Positions 1 to 12,600 of a DNA stretch of 64,000 nt are shown piece by piece. The notes beneath the pieces were generated by a model that saw only the letters and a program-made list of their open reading frames with translations, did no database searches and had not been told where the DNA came from. Each line of letters opens with the position of its first letter. Within the stretch, counting starts at the first letter, position 1. The stretch is taken from positions 1 through 64,000 of the forward strand of contig DF237235.1 in NCBI GenBank assembly GCA_000708835.1, written 5' to 3'. The stretch is from Klebsormidium nitens (taxonomy: Eukaryota > Plantae > Klebsormidiophyceae). A program made the translations under genes and the position numbers.

Positions 1-1
1 A

Positions 2-1592
2 GCGGACTGGTGTGAGGCCTACTACGGAGAGCCTCCAACGGACTACTCAGTGTACCGAGTCTTTGGGCAGAGTCCAGCTTTTCAAGTGGGGCCATTGGAA
101 CCGGTGAAAATTGAAGAGCTAGCTACGGGTGTGCCCGGGGGGGAGAGCAAGCATGAAGAGAGGCAGCATCCGGAAAGTGACCAGGAAATCGAGGGGAAGG
201 GGATTGGTACCGCTCCTAAAGCAGCCGATGTTGGAGGCGGGAAGGAGAGTGCCATCAGAGTGGAAGAGGCGCTTGAAGAGAAGGTGAAGGGGTCTGGCGT
301 CGGTGAAGGGGGTGAGAGTGAGCGGACAGGGGAGATGGGGCCGGCCGAAGAGCGCGACTGGAACGCCTGGGAGAGATTCCTGGAGAGCAAGAGGGTGGTG
401 CAGATCACCTTGAGTTTGCAGCGCATCTATGAGAGGGTGCAGGCGAAAGGGGCAGCTGATGTCAAAAAGTGGATCGACCAGATGAAAAAGATGGTCTACA
501 CAGACTCGTTTGTAGACTTCGGTCTCACCAGTTGGAACGACATCGACTTATGGCATGTCGCGGTAGAGGGGCGCAAAGTGCTGCCAGCATACCCGCTAGT
601 ACGAGAAGCGATCGCCCACTTCGTGGAGCAGGTTCAAGGGCGGGCTGTCTTTTACAGTGATCAAGCCGTCTGGGCCGCTTTATCCCAAGAGCTTGCAGGG
701 GAGCGGGTACCGGCGGTAGCTGGGCTGCTGACGGAGCGCTGCGCCATCGGCGCAATCATTGATGGTCAGGGCTACAAGGCTGTGCTAAAGATGGAGAAGC
801 CGGAGCTAGTCAAATTGGTGTTCTTCGACCGCGATGCAGAGGCCCCTGCTGTTTTGACCGAACAAGAGGACTTCCGGAAGAGCGGACTTGAAACACGGGT
901 TGCTTGCTTCGTGCCTCGGACGCCGTTCTACCCTGCCATGGATATGGCCATCCTGGTGTTCAAGAAGCCGAAGGACCAGCAAGGTGATTACCCCGATCCG
1001 CGAGCTGTTCGTGATCGCCTTAACTTGTTGTTGATGTGATACCATCAAACGCCCGACTGCAATCCGTAAGGGTTGCTAGTTTGTCATCGACTGTCTGTAG
1101 GAACCATGAACTTTCAAGCAGGTCCATGACTCCTTCACAAGGTCCTTGATGAGTTGCAAGAAGTTGCGACTTGCGGCTGCAGAGTTTGGAATCCCAAGTT
1201 TGTGGTGAAAAGATGGACTGAGTTTGATTCAATGTCCTCCATGCCATTTTGCAGGGTCTGTGGAGCGGCTCACGAAAGTTCAAATGACACTGGAGTCGGC
1301 GCACGACCATCGTCGCTTGACTCAGACCGCAATGCATATCCGCAATGTGAAGCCGTGGCTGGGCGGTGCAAAGCTTGAAGCCGTGGAGGTGGAATTCTGC
1401 TACATAGTGCCCGGTGATCTCGTCGCCGGCGGGGTTCTGCGCCATACTGATCAAAAGCCAGCACAGTTGGGGGTCACGCGGGGACAAGCGGGGTCTGTAC
1501 AGATTGTTGCGCATACTCACATAGAGTTAGCTTTTGGCCAGCTAGATGGAAGGCTAGATCAAGTGGATAACTGGCAGCGGGGGGGAAGTTAG
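2..1592 (+). CDS. 5'-truncated Crinkler/RHS-like protein with a C-terminal restriction-endonuclease-fold (PD-(D/E)XK-like) domain
   Basis: The frame is open from base 2. An intron at 984-1254 (gtgatt...tttgcag, phase 1 at both ends) joins ORF 50..1039 to ORF 1224..1592 and gives FVPRTPFYPAMDMAILVFKKPKDQQGSVERLTKVQMTLESAHDH. This resembles the P-x-x-x-FP-x-x-D...Q-x-T-x-x-x-x-H pattern of CRN/RHS C-terminal REase domains. The family call is by motif recognition only. Confidence 0.5.
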
Positions 1593-3481
1593 GCTGGTTC
1601 TAGCGAGAGCCGTCAAGCGCCGACAAATCCGCACATGCCATGCTTCCATGTCTCCCTCGACTTTGATTTCTAACGGGCCGGCCTTGGTTCTCCGCTTCAC
1701 TTTGTGAGCAATTTCGGAGGATCTTCAGTTGCAAATACTCCTTCCGTGAAGTGTATGGAGAATGTTGACTATTGAATGTGTCGACTTCGATGCAAGCCAA
1801 AGCACGTACATTGACCGTCATTGCATGTTTCGGCAACCGCAATATACGCTTGGTATCGATATGTGAGTGAGAGAGCATCCGGCAATCCGGATGCAGGGCA
1901 AAAACGCTGGGTGCATTATCTACCAAGAATGGCAAAAGGCCAGTCGGCGCAACCTTACCTCGATTTCGATGCCATATGGGCTCAGGCGCGGCCATTACCG
2001 CACATCGCAGGACATTACCATGCGAGAGCCCCTGATCAGTGCAGTGAGCAACAGTGCACTGTTGTCATATTTTGAGCAGTTGAGCACTGATCGAGCTGCC
2101 ATGAAAAGGGCCACCAGCTAAGCTCAGTAAGTTAGAGTCACGCAGGTCGCGCTTCAGCTTGATTGCTTCCAAGCCTGCCAGCTTGCGTTAGACAGGCTTC
2201 GGGTACCAGTGCCTCAGCTGCCCTGTGACATATGTTAGCTCCAAGCAAGCGGTCATCTTTTATAAAGATGGCTCTGGCTTTTGAAGTACGGTGTACTTGC
2301 AAGTAGTCACTCAAATCCTGAAAGGGGTGCCGGAACGCGATTTTGAAGGAAAGGATACTGCGCATGCAAGCCAACCAGCGGCAGCAGGACATTGGCGTAT
2401 AATGGGCAAATTGCTATTTTGCATGTCCTTAAGTATCTGCTACTATACACAGCTGTTTGGCATGCTATAATCGGCAGTGGCACTGAAATGCATGTGATGA
2501 TTGCACAGCGAGGTCAAGACTGAGGTGTCTGTTGAGGTGGAGAACAGCCGCATGCCACAATGAGTGCTGCGCTGGCGGCTTGTAGTTTATCATGAAGAAC
2601 CTCAGGTCTCATTGCTGCGCGGGTGACCTGCACAGTGCCATGTGCTGAATTCATTACTACTAAGGCCTGATTACGGACCCGCTTTCAAACCTGATGTTGG
2701 CCATCTGATGTACTGGAAGTATCTGCAGCGGGATACGTTAGCGACCGCGTTCTGAGAGCTCTAGCGCTAGCGGCTATCTTCTGATTTAAGAGTCTCATCA
2801 CCTCTTCCATTATATCAATTATGTCCATGTACTGGACTCAGGTGAAATATTGCCTTGATAAGCTACAAGCCGCAATTTGTTTCTCAGTATGTTCTGCGAA
2901 ATCCGTGGCTTTCTTCGCATATGGTTCCAAACAACATTCCGCAGCTCTCAACCTCTGTATCTTCTACGGCTATATATAACATGCTAGCACACAGATCGAG
3001 TGCATGCAATGCGTGCTTCTACTAGGCTGACTTCCTACTTGCATCGCATGTGTAGCGCTGATCAGTTTACGACCGGCCGGACCGAAATCGCGAGGCCGGT
3101 GGCTTGACAGTGCGATACCCCTCGACTCGATGAAGGTGAACCCGCGCATATGGAGACATCCTGTACCATGCTTTGTCTGACGGGACTAGATAGCTAGCTA
3201 CCGCCAGCTTGCTTGCTTTCTCGTGTCTATCGAAGGCGTCAACTTCGACTCGGTACGTGCAAATTATGCACCATGTGCAGGTCAAGATACGGACAACGTT
3301 TAGCTGCACGTTGGACTGCATCGAACGGCTGGCGAGCGGTTCTTGGCTTCGCACAACTTGCACCGTACAACGCTGATGATCACCGTTCAAGAAGTGACCC
3401 ACAACATCAATCTATGCCAGGGCGCCGGGCAACTGTCCGTCTCCCTTAATCTGACGTCATTCTATGGTATTTGACGTCACT

Positions 3482-6400
3482 CTACGGTAGCCTCTTGAAC
3501 TTGGAGAAGTCAGGCGCTCGCCCCTCCACGTACGCTTCCCGCCCCTCGCTGCCCTCCTCAGAGCCGTAAAACAGAAGCGTGGCGTTGCCGCCAAGTTCCT
3601 GCACCCAAGTTCTGGTCGTCAGAGCGGAAACGGAAGCGGGAACGGAAACTGTCTGCTCTCACTGAAGATAAGATCCTGAAGTTCGTTCGGGACTCAGATG
3701 GCGCGGCTGCCACTATCGAACCTCCTCATCCGTGAGAAGCGACTGATCTGCACGGCGTCCCTCAGGTCAATGCGATCGCAAGTAAGCCCAGAGGTGGGCT
3801 GGAAGAGGTGGGCTGGAAGCGCTCAATCAGCGGAGAACTACAAGTTGAATCAGAAGATCAACGAACCGGCCATACGATGCCCTGAGCGTGACCACCCTGA
3901 ATACAGATCCGAAACTCATGAGCAAAAAACAGCCAAGCCAATTCAGCTCTGTCCGTTTCCTTGTTTGGTTTCTCGACGACTGAGTCTCTGCTAGCAGTAC
4001 CTTTTCTGCCGCAACAGGCACGTAGCCATACCATCCACAGCTGGAAACGCGTGAAACCCCAAGTCAAAGTCAAGGAACAAAACATCAACAGAATCTAGAA
4101 TGAGAAAAGTGGCGCCAGGTCTTGCGCACCAGCTTCTCCAGAATGAGTCAATCAAGCGAACGCACAAGAGGGAGCACGCTCGCGCCGAGGGGGGTGCTTT
4201 TACCTGGAGGCCGGCCCCCCCGTCGTCGACCGCGTTCAGGGACGACTTTAGCACGCGTAGCGCCATGGGGCTGTTTCGGAGCATCTCGCGGCACCAGATC
4301 AGGGTTTCCTCCTCTAACCGCGCGACCTGCGTACAATGAGTGAGTCTTAGCCACGGCTAACCCTGAATCAGGCGTTTCCGCGCATTAAGCGGCGCCAGAC
4401 CAGGTTTTGCTCCTCTAACCACGCGACCTGATAACAATGGTGGGTCTTAACCAGGGTTCATCTAAACCCTCCGTTAGCCAGGCCGTTTGCATAAGCAGAT
4501 AATTCCGAACGGGGTTGCTACTTAAGAAACCCGGTTAAGCTCCTACACGTAAGAGATTTTCTGAAGCGAGACTTTCAGAGGGACGACGAGAGCCTTGGCC
4601 ACGCGAGATTCTGCCTTAGGTCGGCCATCCCCGTTTGGCTTTGTCTTCCGATCGAGACGTGGTAAGAAGTTTCGGTTAAGAAGGTACTATCAGCGTTGAC
4701 GTGGCCAACCATTGACAGTGCTTGGCCAGATTCTGAAGCCAGGAAACTTCATCCAAAGGGTTTGAAGCATTCAAAATCTCAGGACTCGAGGTAACATTGA
4801 GCATCGACTTCATCGCGATTTGAGGAAAAGGTGAAAGCTAGAAAGGCCCAAAACCCTCGAATCCCCCCGGAAAAGTGGATTCTCGTTACGAGAATTGAGA
4901 GCCTCACCGGGACCACGGTGTTAATAAGCCCCATGTCCAGCGCCTCTTTGGCGGTGTACATGCGCGCAAGGAACCACATCTCGCGCGCCTTTTTCTGCCC
5001 GATCTGCAGGCAGCGGAACAAGGGACAAGTCTCGGTCCTCCCGTGAAAGACATTGACAGGGTTTGCGTTTGCAACGCTTAGCTGACACCGTGAGACAACT
5101 CTTGGAGTCGTCGGAAGATACGAAAGAATATAAACAAATTCGCTGGACCATCCTCATAAGCAATGCCATGTCCCTTAGTGAAGCGCAGTCGCTAAGACCA
5201 TCAGATCAGCGTCGACTAGATAAACCGGGAACGGATCTGATTCTTGATCCGCAGCCTGCGGACGTTACCCACTCCGCATTTTGGACAAAAGATCGTGAAG
5301 AGCGCTGTAAACGCTTGTTCGAAAGGTAGCCCAGAGTTACGTGGGGCTTACCGTACGAGCCATGATGCTGCACCCATACCCGGCGTCGAAGCTTCCTACC
5401 TGCGAAGAAAGCGCCCACGATTTGGAACCACTTATGAACCAAGGCAGGCATTTCCCGCCCTACGTACCCGGGCGCATGGAACTATGCTCCCATCCGGAAA
5501 TTATCCAGCCACGCAAAAGGTGAGTGAACGGACGACACTGATTGAGCAATTCCTCCCATAACAACACGGAACAAACACAAAAAATGTCCAGGTCCACGGT
5601 CTATAAACGCCCGCCCTCCACGAGTCCATTGTGAAGGAGCTTGCCAAAGATGACGGCTTCAAGAGGTGCATCGTATCTTCCCGACTCTGAATTCAAAAAT
5701 AAGGGCACACTGTCTTTGCCAGAGATGCCCGACTTGCAGAATAATCGAGGAGCTGATTGCTTCGCCTCAGAGTATGATATTTTGGGAAATTGGGCACGAG
5801 GGTTTCGGACGTGTCAGTAAGAAGGACTCGAATCTTATTAATATGACCGCTTCAGACGTTCATTTATGAAAGTTATCGGACGTTTCAAGTACTGGCGTAC
5901 GAGCGTTCTGGAGGTTGCAGTTATAGAGGTCTTGGCAACTTGAGTAAAAGAAGTTCGGCCGTCTGAGTACTATATTTTGGGACGTGAGCTGACCTTTGGC
6001 CCCGTCTGTCCGAACACGGCGTTGTCCGCAGCGATGGTGAGGTCACAGACCATGTGAAGCACGTGGCCCCCGCCGACGGCATAGCCCGCTACCTGAGGCA
6101 TACGCGATCGAGCAATCAGATGAGCCCCGCATGCTGGGGGAGTGTGAAGTCGAGGTATGCATGCAGAATGACGACAGCGTATTCCAGCCGACAGAACGGC
6201 CCGACCCACGAGATGCTCGAGGCGAGGAACGACTATCCTTTTGAAGCCGGCACTATCAATGAGTCCAATGAACGCTTCACATGGAAGAACCAACGCCAGA
6301 AACGCGTACGCGCGACACCAATCAAGTACGAGCTTCAAGATAACACTGAGAGTCGGGCGACCCACCATGGCAACGACCGGCTTGGGCAGTCGCCGGATTT

Positions 6401-9285
6401 GCACCTGGGCACAGATGGAAAAGTTTGTAAGCCCTAGCCTTCGGAGGATACTAAGACTTGGTCGAGCGAGGGAGATGCTCACCAGAACACTATTCAACCG
6501 TCAACAGTGAACGTCTGTAGTAAGCCCGCAAACTCACCTTGATCAAACAGAAAAAGCTTGACCTTGCTTTTGAAGAACAGCAGTCATGAGGCGGTCACCC
6601 TGCTTGTACTACACGTGCTTGTGACACCAGGAGCGCGATCCAAACAACCTTTTCAATGCATAAGTTCATCTTAGGACTGCCCTTGAAGCACTGACCGCCA
6701 GATCGGTGTTCCTTGATTCTCCAGATTGAGCACAGGGGGAAAGCTTCAAGCCGAAGATACTGTCTTTACTGGTCGACATAGGCATATTCCTCCTCGAACA
6801 TACCTTACTCCACATGATTAGCTAAAGAGTGAGCGGTGGTTCTTTTCCCAGGTCCCAGTCAAAAAACGGAAAGTGTAACAGCATACCTGTAAGTCCAACA
6901 CGTTCAGCCGGGGTACTCTGTCATTCCCGACATAACCTCCCCTGCCCCGGAAGTGCTGATCCCCCCCGCTGCAGAACGCAAGAGACCCCTGCGCAAAGTT
7001 GGATGGCTTGATTCGGTAACCAGAATCGGCGATTTCTAAATAAAAATCTAACAAGGTTCATAGTTTCAAATTTGGGGAAACGTAGACTTGGACAAGGACT
7101 CCCAATGCATATAGAGTACTGAGATAAGAGCAGGTGATCTGTCACGGATGTAGGGCAGGGATTGGGTAAAATCAGAATCATGTTATCGCCGAAAAAGCGA
7201 TCCGACAATCAAACACCAGGAGCTTCCGTCCTTTGAAGGAGCCCGTCCAAATTTTCAGCCACTGTGACGCACTTTGTGTCTCTATGTCCAAATATAGTCG
7301 TTCAGAAGTTTGTACGACCGGTGAACGAAGCAATCAGGGCAGCACGTAATCTACAAACAATCTGACGTCTATCCAATTTCTCTTGTGAAGAAAACCGAGC
7401 TCACCTGTCCAGTGAAAATGATCACTCCCACGTCAGGGTCATCCCTCGCTTCGTTGAAGGCCCTGCTCAGCTCCTTGACAGTCTCTGGCCGGAACGCGTT
7501 TCGTCGCTCAGGCCGGTTGATCGTAATCTGCAGCAATTACCGGCAGCTTACAATCAGCATTAGTCGCCCGTCTGGGCATGTTCGTGAGTGCTCTTCGCTG
7601 GTCAATATTGTACTCTAGTCATCACCAAGGAGGCAAGAATTCTTGGCCCTTTAGGACTCAAAGCATGAGAAAGTCAGACTGACGGGGCTTTTCTAAACAG
7701 ACCCATGGACTGTGCAATGGGCCCTGCAGCAACCAACGTTCTTCAAAGGTGAAGCTTTTGGGATGTGCGTAACAAGTTGACGCAGGGTTCGACACTCGCA
7801 AGGGAAAGTGGGCTAGAAAAGTGACAAGGTGGGGAAGCATTCCATGAAGCTCAAAGGAACCAATCAGCTGCTACAGTTGCATGGTTTGAGGAGCAAGAAC
7901 AGCAAGCTGACGTGCGGAGCGCACACTGCTGGCACGGATCCACAGGAACTAGGTGCCGCAGCCCCAGTCAGAATTTGCTGTATAGAGGCCATACCATACC
8001 GGCAAAGGAAATCACCACCTTTTGGTTTGAAGAGTTCATTTCGTTTCTTCATGAGAACTCACCGTGCGCTCTAAGTATCAACATTCTGCATAAGAGGTTT
8101 TTTTGGTATCGAGGGACTTACAAGTCACCAGGATGGCCTTTTTCTTATCAATTGATGGTTTCACTTTTTCACAAAGGGCGCCCCTTTTACTTTAAAAAAT
8201 ATCAGACTGATTTTAAAACATTTGCTTCAAAGTGAACTCCCTTGCTAGTACGCTACTGAAATAAGCTTTGGGTTCTGAAGCGGGTGACTAGCCAGTGGGC
8301 CCTCTAGGAAGGACATGCAGGCCTGTTAAGCATTGCAAGCTCAGACACTAGCTCGCCAATAGGGGCACACCCAGGATTCTGCACGAGTATTGAAGGATTG
8401 TTTACTTCTGGATGATTGTTCTCTGTTTGCTCAAAGCAGTTGATAATGTCCCACAAACTACAAGTTTGTGACGCAATGCTGACACCTTTATGTGTGCCCC
8501 TGATGTCCACCCAGATTCAGGACCCTTTTCCAACGTCACCACAGCCTTTTGAACAAACCCCCGCATTGATCCCCTCTCAGGACCCCATTAATCCTGGCAC
8601 TCTTGTGTTGGCAAAGCCGCCGCCCCAGTCTCTACCAATTGTGCAGTGTCAATCAGAGAATGACTCTTATGATTCACTTTTTAGCCCCTCACATTGAGCC
8701 CACAGGTGCTCACCACCACCACAGCTTCATGAATACTCCGAGAACTCTAGAGAAGAGCATCTTGTAAACCCTTCTTCAATTCACACTCAGAACCAGGTAC
8801 TTTACAGAAGTGTTCGAGCGCCCATACCTTCATCCACTCTCAATCCAAAAGTCACGCACAAACCTCTCTAAAACCCTTGCTAAACAACCGCTAACCTTTG
8901 CAATGCCCTCTCCCTCTGCCTTCTCATACAGCACATCCTCCAGCTCTGGCCCCGGCACCTCCGCTTTCCTCCACACCGCAGGCGTGCGCTTTACTTCCCC
9001 GTGAATCCTCGCATACTTTGTCGGCTGGCCGGTGGCAGACGCATACGGTTGCGACTTTCCGAACTGCCCTCCATCAGCTTGCGAAGAAGTGGAAGCATTC
9101 ACGGGTTCAACAAAAGCGGCCGTGTCAAAAGCTGATGATGCTTCGGTCGGGTGCGGGTTGGGGAGAGGTAGCGGGTGGGGCGGAGAAGTGGGGTCGGTAG
9201 GGGAGAGGTGGTTTGCGAGAATGGCGGTCCGGCGAGTGGCTTGTTCGTAGCAGAATGTGATGGGATCCTTCTTGTCCGACGCCAT
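3482..9285 (-). CDS. menB: 1,4-dihydroxy-2-naphthoyl-CoA synthase (naphthoate synthase, crotonase fold), peroxisomal type
   Basis: Nine phase-0 exons: 9285-8896, 7527-7405, 6988-6887, 6404-6366, 6092-5994, 5399-5352, 5003-4908, 4326-4204, 3598-3482 (about 378 aa). Motifs: [98 protein letters not shown]-terminal PTS2-like RTAILANHL. Confidence 0.97.
4292..4470 (-). repeat. Tandem duplication of the menB exon-8 acceptor plus exon start
   Basis: About 75-bp diverged direct repeat at a 101-nt offset (4292-4364 vs 4393-4470). Confidence 0.9.
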
Positions 9286-9634
9286 TGCTGCAAAGCCTGA
9301 GCTGTGAAACTGTGCGTTCTCTTCGAAGAGGAAGGAGAGGCACAAGAAAGCTGCCTGAAATGCAGCATTAAGCAGCTCCAATGAATGTTGGTGTGGGATA
9401 CGTAACGTTGAGCGATGTGCAAACCCGAACTCGGAACCATGGTGACAATTCTGACCTGGCGGTCCAAAAGGGCGACCTCATAAGACTTGCAGTACGACTG
9501 ACAGTCGCTGCGTGGTGTAGGACCGCAACAGACGGGTTTACCGGTCTAACCCTGTTTTGAGCTTGTGTAACCGAAGCAGAGGACAAGCTGGAAGTCAAGG
9601 ATCAGGATCAGCATTTTTGATCATGCAGGGCACC

Positions 9635-12600
9635 ATGGCGACTTGCAGCAGCTCCCTCACGTGCCTCAAGCCCAGTGCCAGCCACATTCCCTTGCAATCC
9701 GAAAACAGACGGTACCGATGCCTCCTTTCTGAACCTGTCTTGTCTATAAAGCGAACCTATCGCCACCAAGCCCGCTGCAGCGCTCGTTTGACTTCCGGGC
9801 TCCAAAAGTGCGTTGGTCTGCAGAGGAGTTCCAGCCTCCTTGCCGGAGTACACAGATGTAGTATCAAAAGCATACCTCCAGCTCAACCCTTGGCAGATTG
9901 CCCGAGGCAGCAAGCTAGTGAGAGTAGGTTAGCGGAGCGGTTTGCATGCAGAGTTTCGGAGGAGGGCAAGGAAACTGAAAAGCAAGCGGACGAAGGGCCC
10001 CCCTATGGGGTTCTGTCAATGCTGGCGCTCTGGTTCTTTTGGGCGGGGCTCGCATACTACGCCTTTGCGATCGCACCCAATCAGACACCGGTGGGTTGTT
10101 CGGGCATTGAGCTTCATGTCATATAATACGGCCTTGCATACTTGATCACCAGCTACGAGGATGTTGAAAATCACGGTTTGTGCTTTTTCTGATGGTGGCA
10201 CCTAGAATGCTGATCAAGGGGGAGCTCAGTGGGCTAAAGTTTTGGAACTCTATTTGAAGAGAAGCTTTGATGTCGTGTGTTCCGATGCAACCACACTACT
10301 GGGCTTTAAGACGCTAGATTGGGTGGTTCAGTCCAAGATCGGTGACCGTGTTGATTAACGACGGTGGTTATGCACCTGGTCAACTCAACATTCTGATTGA
10401 GTTGCGGGACTCATCGCGTATCTTGACAATCTGTGGGATCTGCAAACGCTTGACGAACTGCATTCTGAGCTTGCTCACCCGTTTGGCATTACTTTATCAA
10501 AAAGGACCTTGCTTGTCATAGGCAGTGCTTGACTTCTTACTTGGTGGTTGTTTTCATCAGCGATTGTCGACGTCGATCTGCGTTTTGTCCTTACCGACAG
10601 GAGTAGGGCTATGGTCACAAACAGTGAAACTGCTCCGACAGACGGCGGTCCGCCCCTTATATCTTGTTTTCAATCAACCCACCCCTTCGTTCGGGGAGAC
10701 CCAACCTTCAGATCAAGAGTCCTGATATTGTGATGGCATTGTAAGACAGTTTCCGTCCCCTGATCAGGGAAACGACACTGGACAATGAGTTTCATGAGCA
10801 TTCCAAGCTAACTCTGCCCTCTGCCCGTCTGCCTGCCTTTGAGCACGAGTTGTTGTCGACAAACCCTTGCGAATGTTTAAGTTGTCTTGTCTTTGTCTGA
10901 CAATTGTTCTGAGGTCAATGTTTGGCCCCTGTACGATATCCTCAGTATACATTGGGTCTTTCCCGATCCGAACATATGCCAGCGTTGTCCTCATATCAAT
11001 CCTCCCCTTTCCCCACCAATGCGCTCCAAAGAACAGCTGAAGTCCTGCTGATATCTCATGCAAGCATATCGTCTTGCAGACCCGCGACGAATACTTCCTT
11101 GGCAAGTTGCTGCTGCTGATCTCTCGAACTCCCCTTTTTCCAAAAGCAAACGCCTCCAGGCAGAAACGAAGTCACGCAGAACCATCATGCGGATCCCGTC
11201 ATGTTTCCTCCAATTGCAGACCCGCGACGAGTACTTCCTCGGCAAGTTGACGCTGCTCATCCAGGACGACTACCCCATCAACCAGGTCCTGCTGAGCGAG
11301 TTCAACATCATGGGTATCTGGCCCTTCATCTATACCGCTCTGCTCATCCCCTCGGGGCGGAGGTGCGCCGCTCCCTTTCCCTCATCATTCTTTTCTCGGA
11401 GCCTATTGTTCCTCCTGTATAAAAACCATCGCTGCCCTTCCTCAATGTGCGGTCCTTTCGGTTCTTGTGACCTCACGGCGTTGATGACAAGGTCAATTGG
11501 AACGCCCAGATAATCAGTGCGGTGCTTTTGCACACGTGCATGACAAGGGAAGATAGTGATTTTATTGGGAAGGCTCTGAGAGAGTCATGAGTTTGGAGTT
11601 GCCAGGATTGCCTGGCCGGTTCTCTAGGAAGATAGTTGAAATCCTGTGAGAGATGCACAAGCAAACGGGGGCTATGGTGTGCCTGCTTCGTATCCAGCTC
11701 ACAACACCTGGGTTCTGAAGCCTCGCCCTTTTCGGAATGAGAACCCATCTACTTGCTTTCGTTAAGTCTCTGAAGATTCGAACTCTTGAAAGAAGGGTGC
11801 CCGCCTCTGTTCCGCGTGAGAATTGTCGAGACTCCCTCTGGTGGATTACACGCAATCTCCATACACCTTGTTCAGGAAAGGAACGGAAAAAGGCAGGATA
11901 GGAAGGGCAGAAAAGTCAAGAGTGCAGCGGAGAGTGCAGAGATCCAGGGCTGAAGCAGAAGCTTCACAACACAGCATAGCTACAAGAAAAGCGGCGTAAA
12001 GAAAGAGCAACATAGTGGTTCGCACATTGACGGGAGTCCCTTTTCCGTCGCAGTAAAAACCTGCGCCCTCCGGTATGGCCATTTGCTTCTCTTTCGATGG
12101 GCATCGGCATCGGGGGGCTCCTCCCGTACTTTGCCCTCTGGCAACAGCCCACGCCGCCCCCACCCTCACAGGAAGAGCGACAAAAGCTGCCGCTGAAAGT
12201 GTTGGAGTCGAAGATCTTTGCCGGGGTGAGTGCTCGCTTCGGTGGTCCCTCCGCTTTTTGGTTTGGGAGGCGGTCTAATGGCTCTGCTCATTCCAGGTCG
12301 CGAAATGATTTCTTTTTATTCTAAGCTTTTTGAGATGTCTATCAGCCCTCACGACCAGACATGTGCTGATGGAAGCGGCATCAGGCAAATGCAAGGGGAA
12401 GGACGCGGCGGAACCGAGGCGGTGGGCGGTTTCGGGATCTTTCAAGCGGTTAAGAAAGGTTTTCCTTAACAAGCGGAAACTCTAGGACCTCTTGGACCAA
12501 AGTCTTCTTTAGCAAGCGAATAAGTCTTCGAGCCTTCTTTGACAATGATTTGTTGTCTTTATCGTCTCTGATGGGCTTTGCCGGGGGAAGCGTCACCTAA

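Noticed and set aside
1600-3450. Short ORFs between the CRN-like gene and menB as a gene or pseudogene
   Set aside because: Frames are interrupted by stops, with no recognisable motif or consistent splice chain.
9286-9381. 32-aa N-terminal extension of MenB suggested by the ORF track (dual targeting)
   Set aside because: The codon at 9381 is TTG, not ATG; the first in-frame ATG is at 9285.
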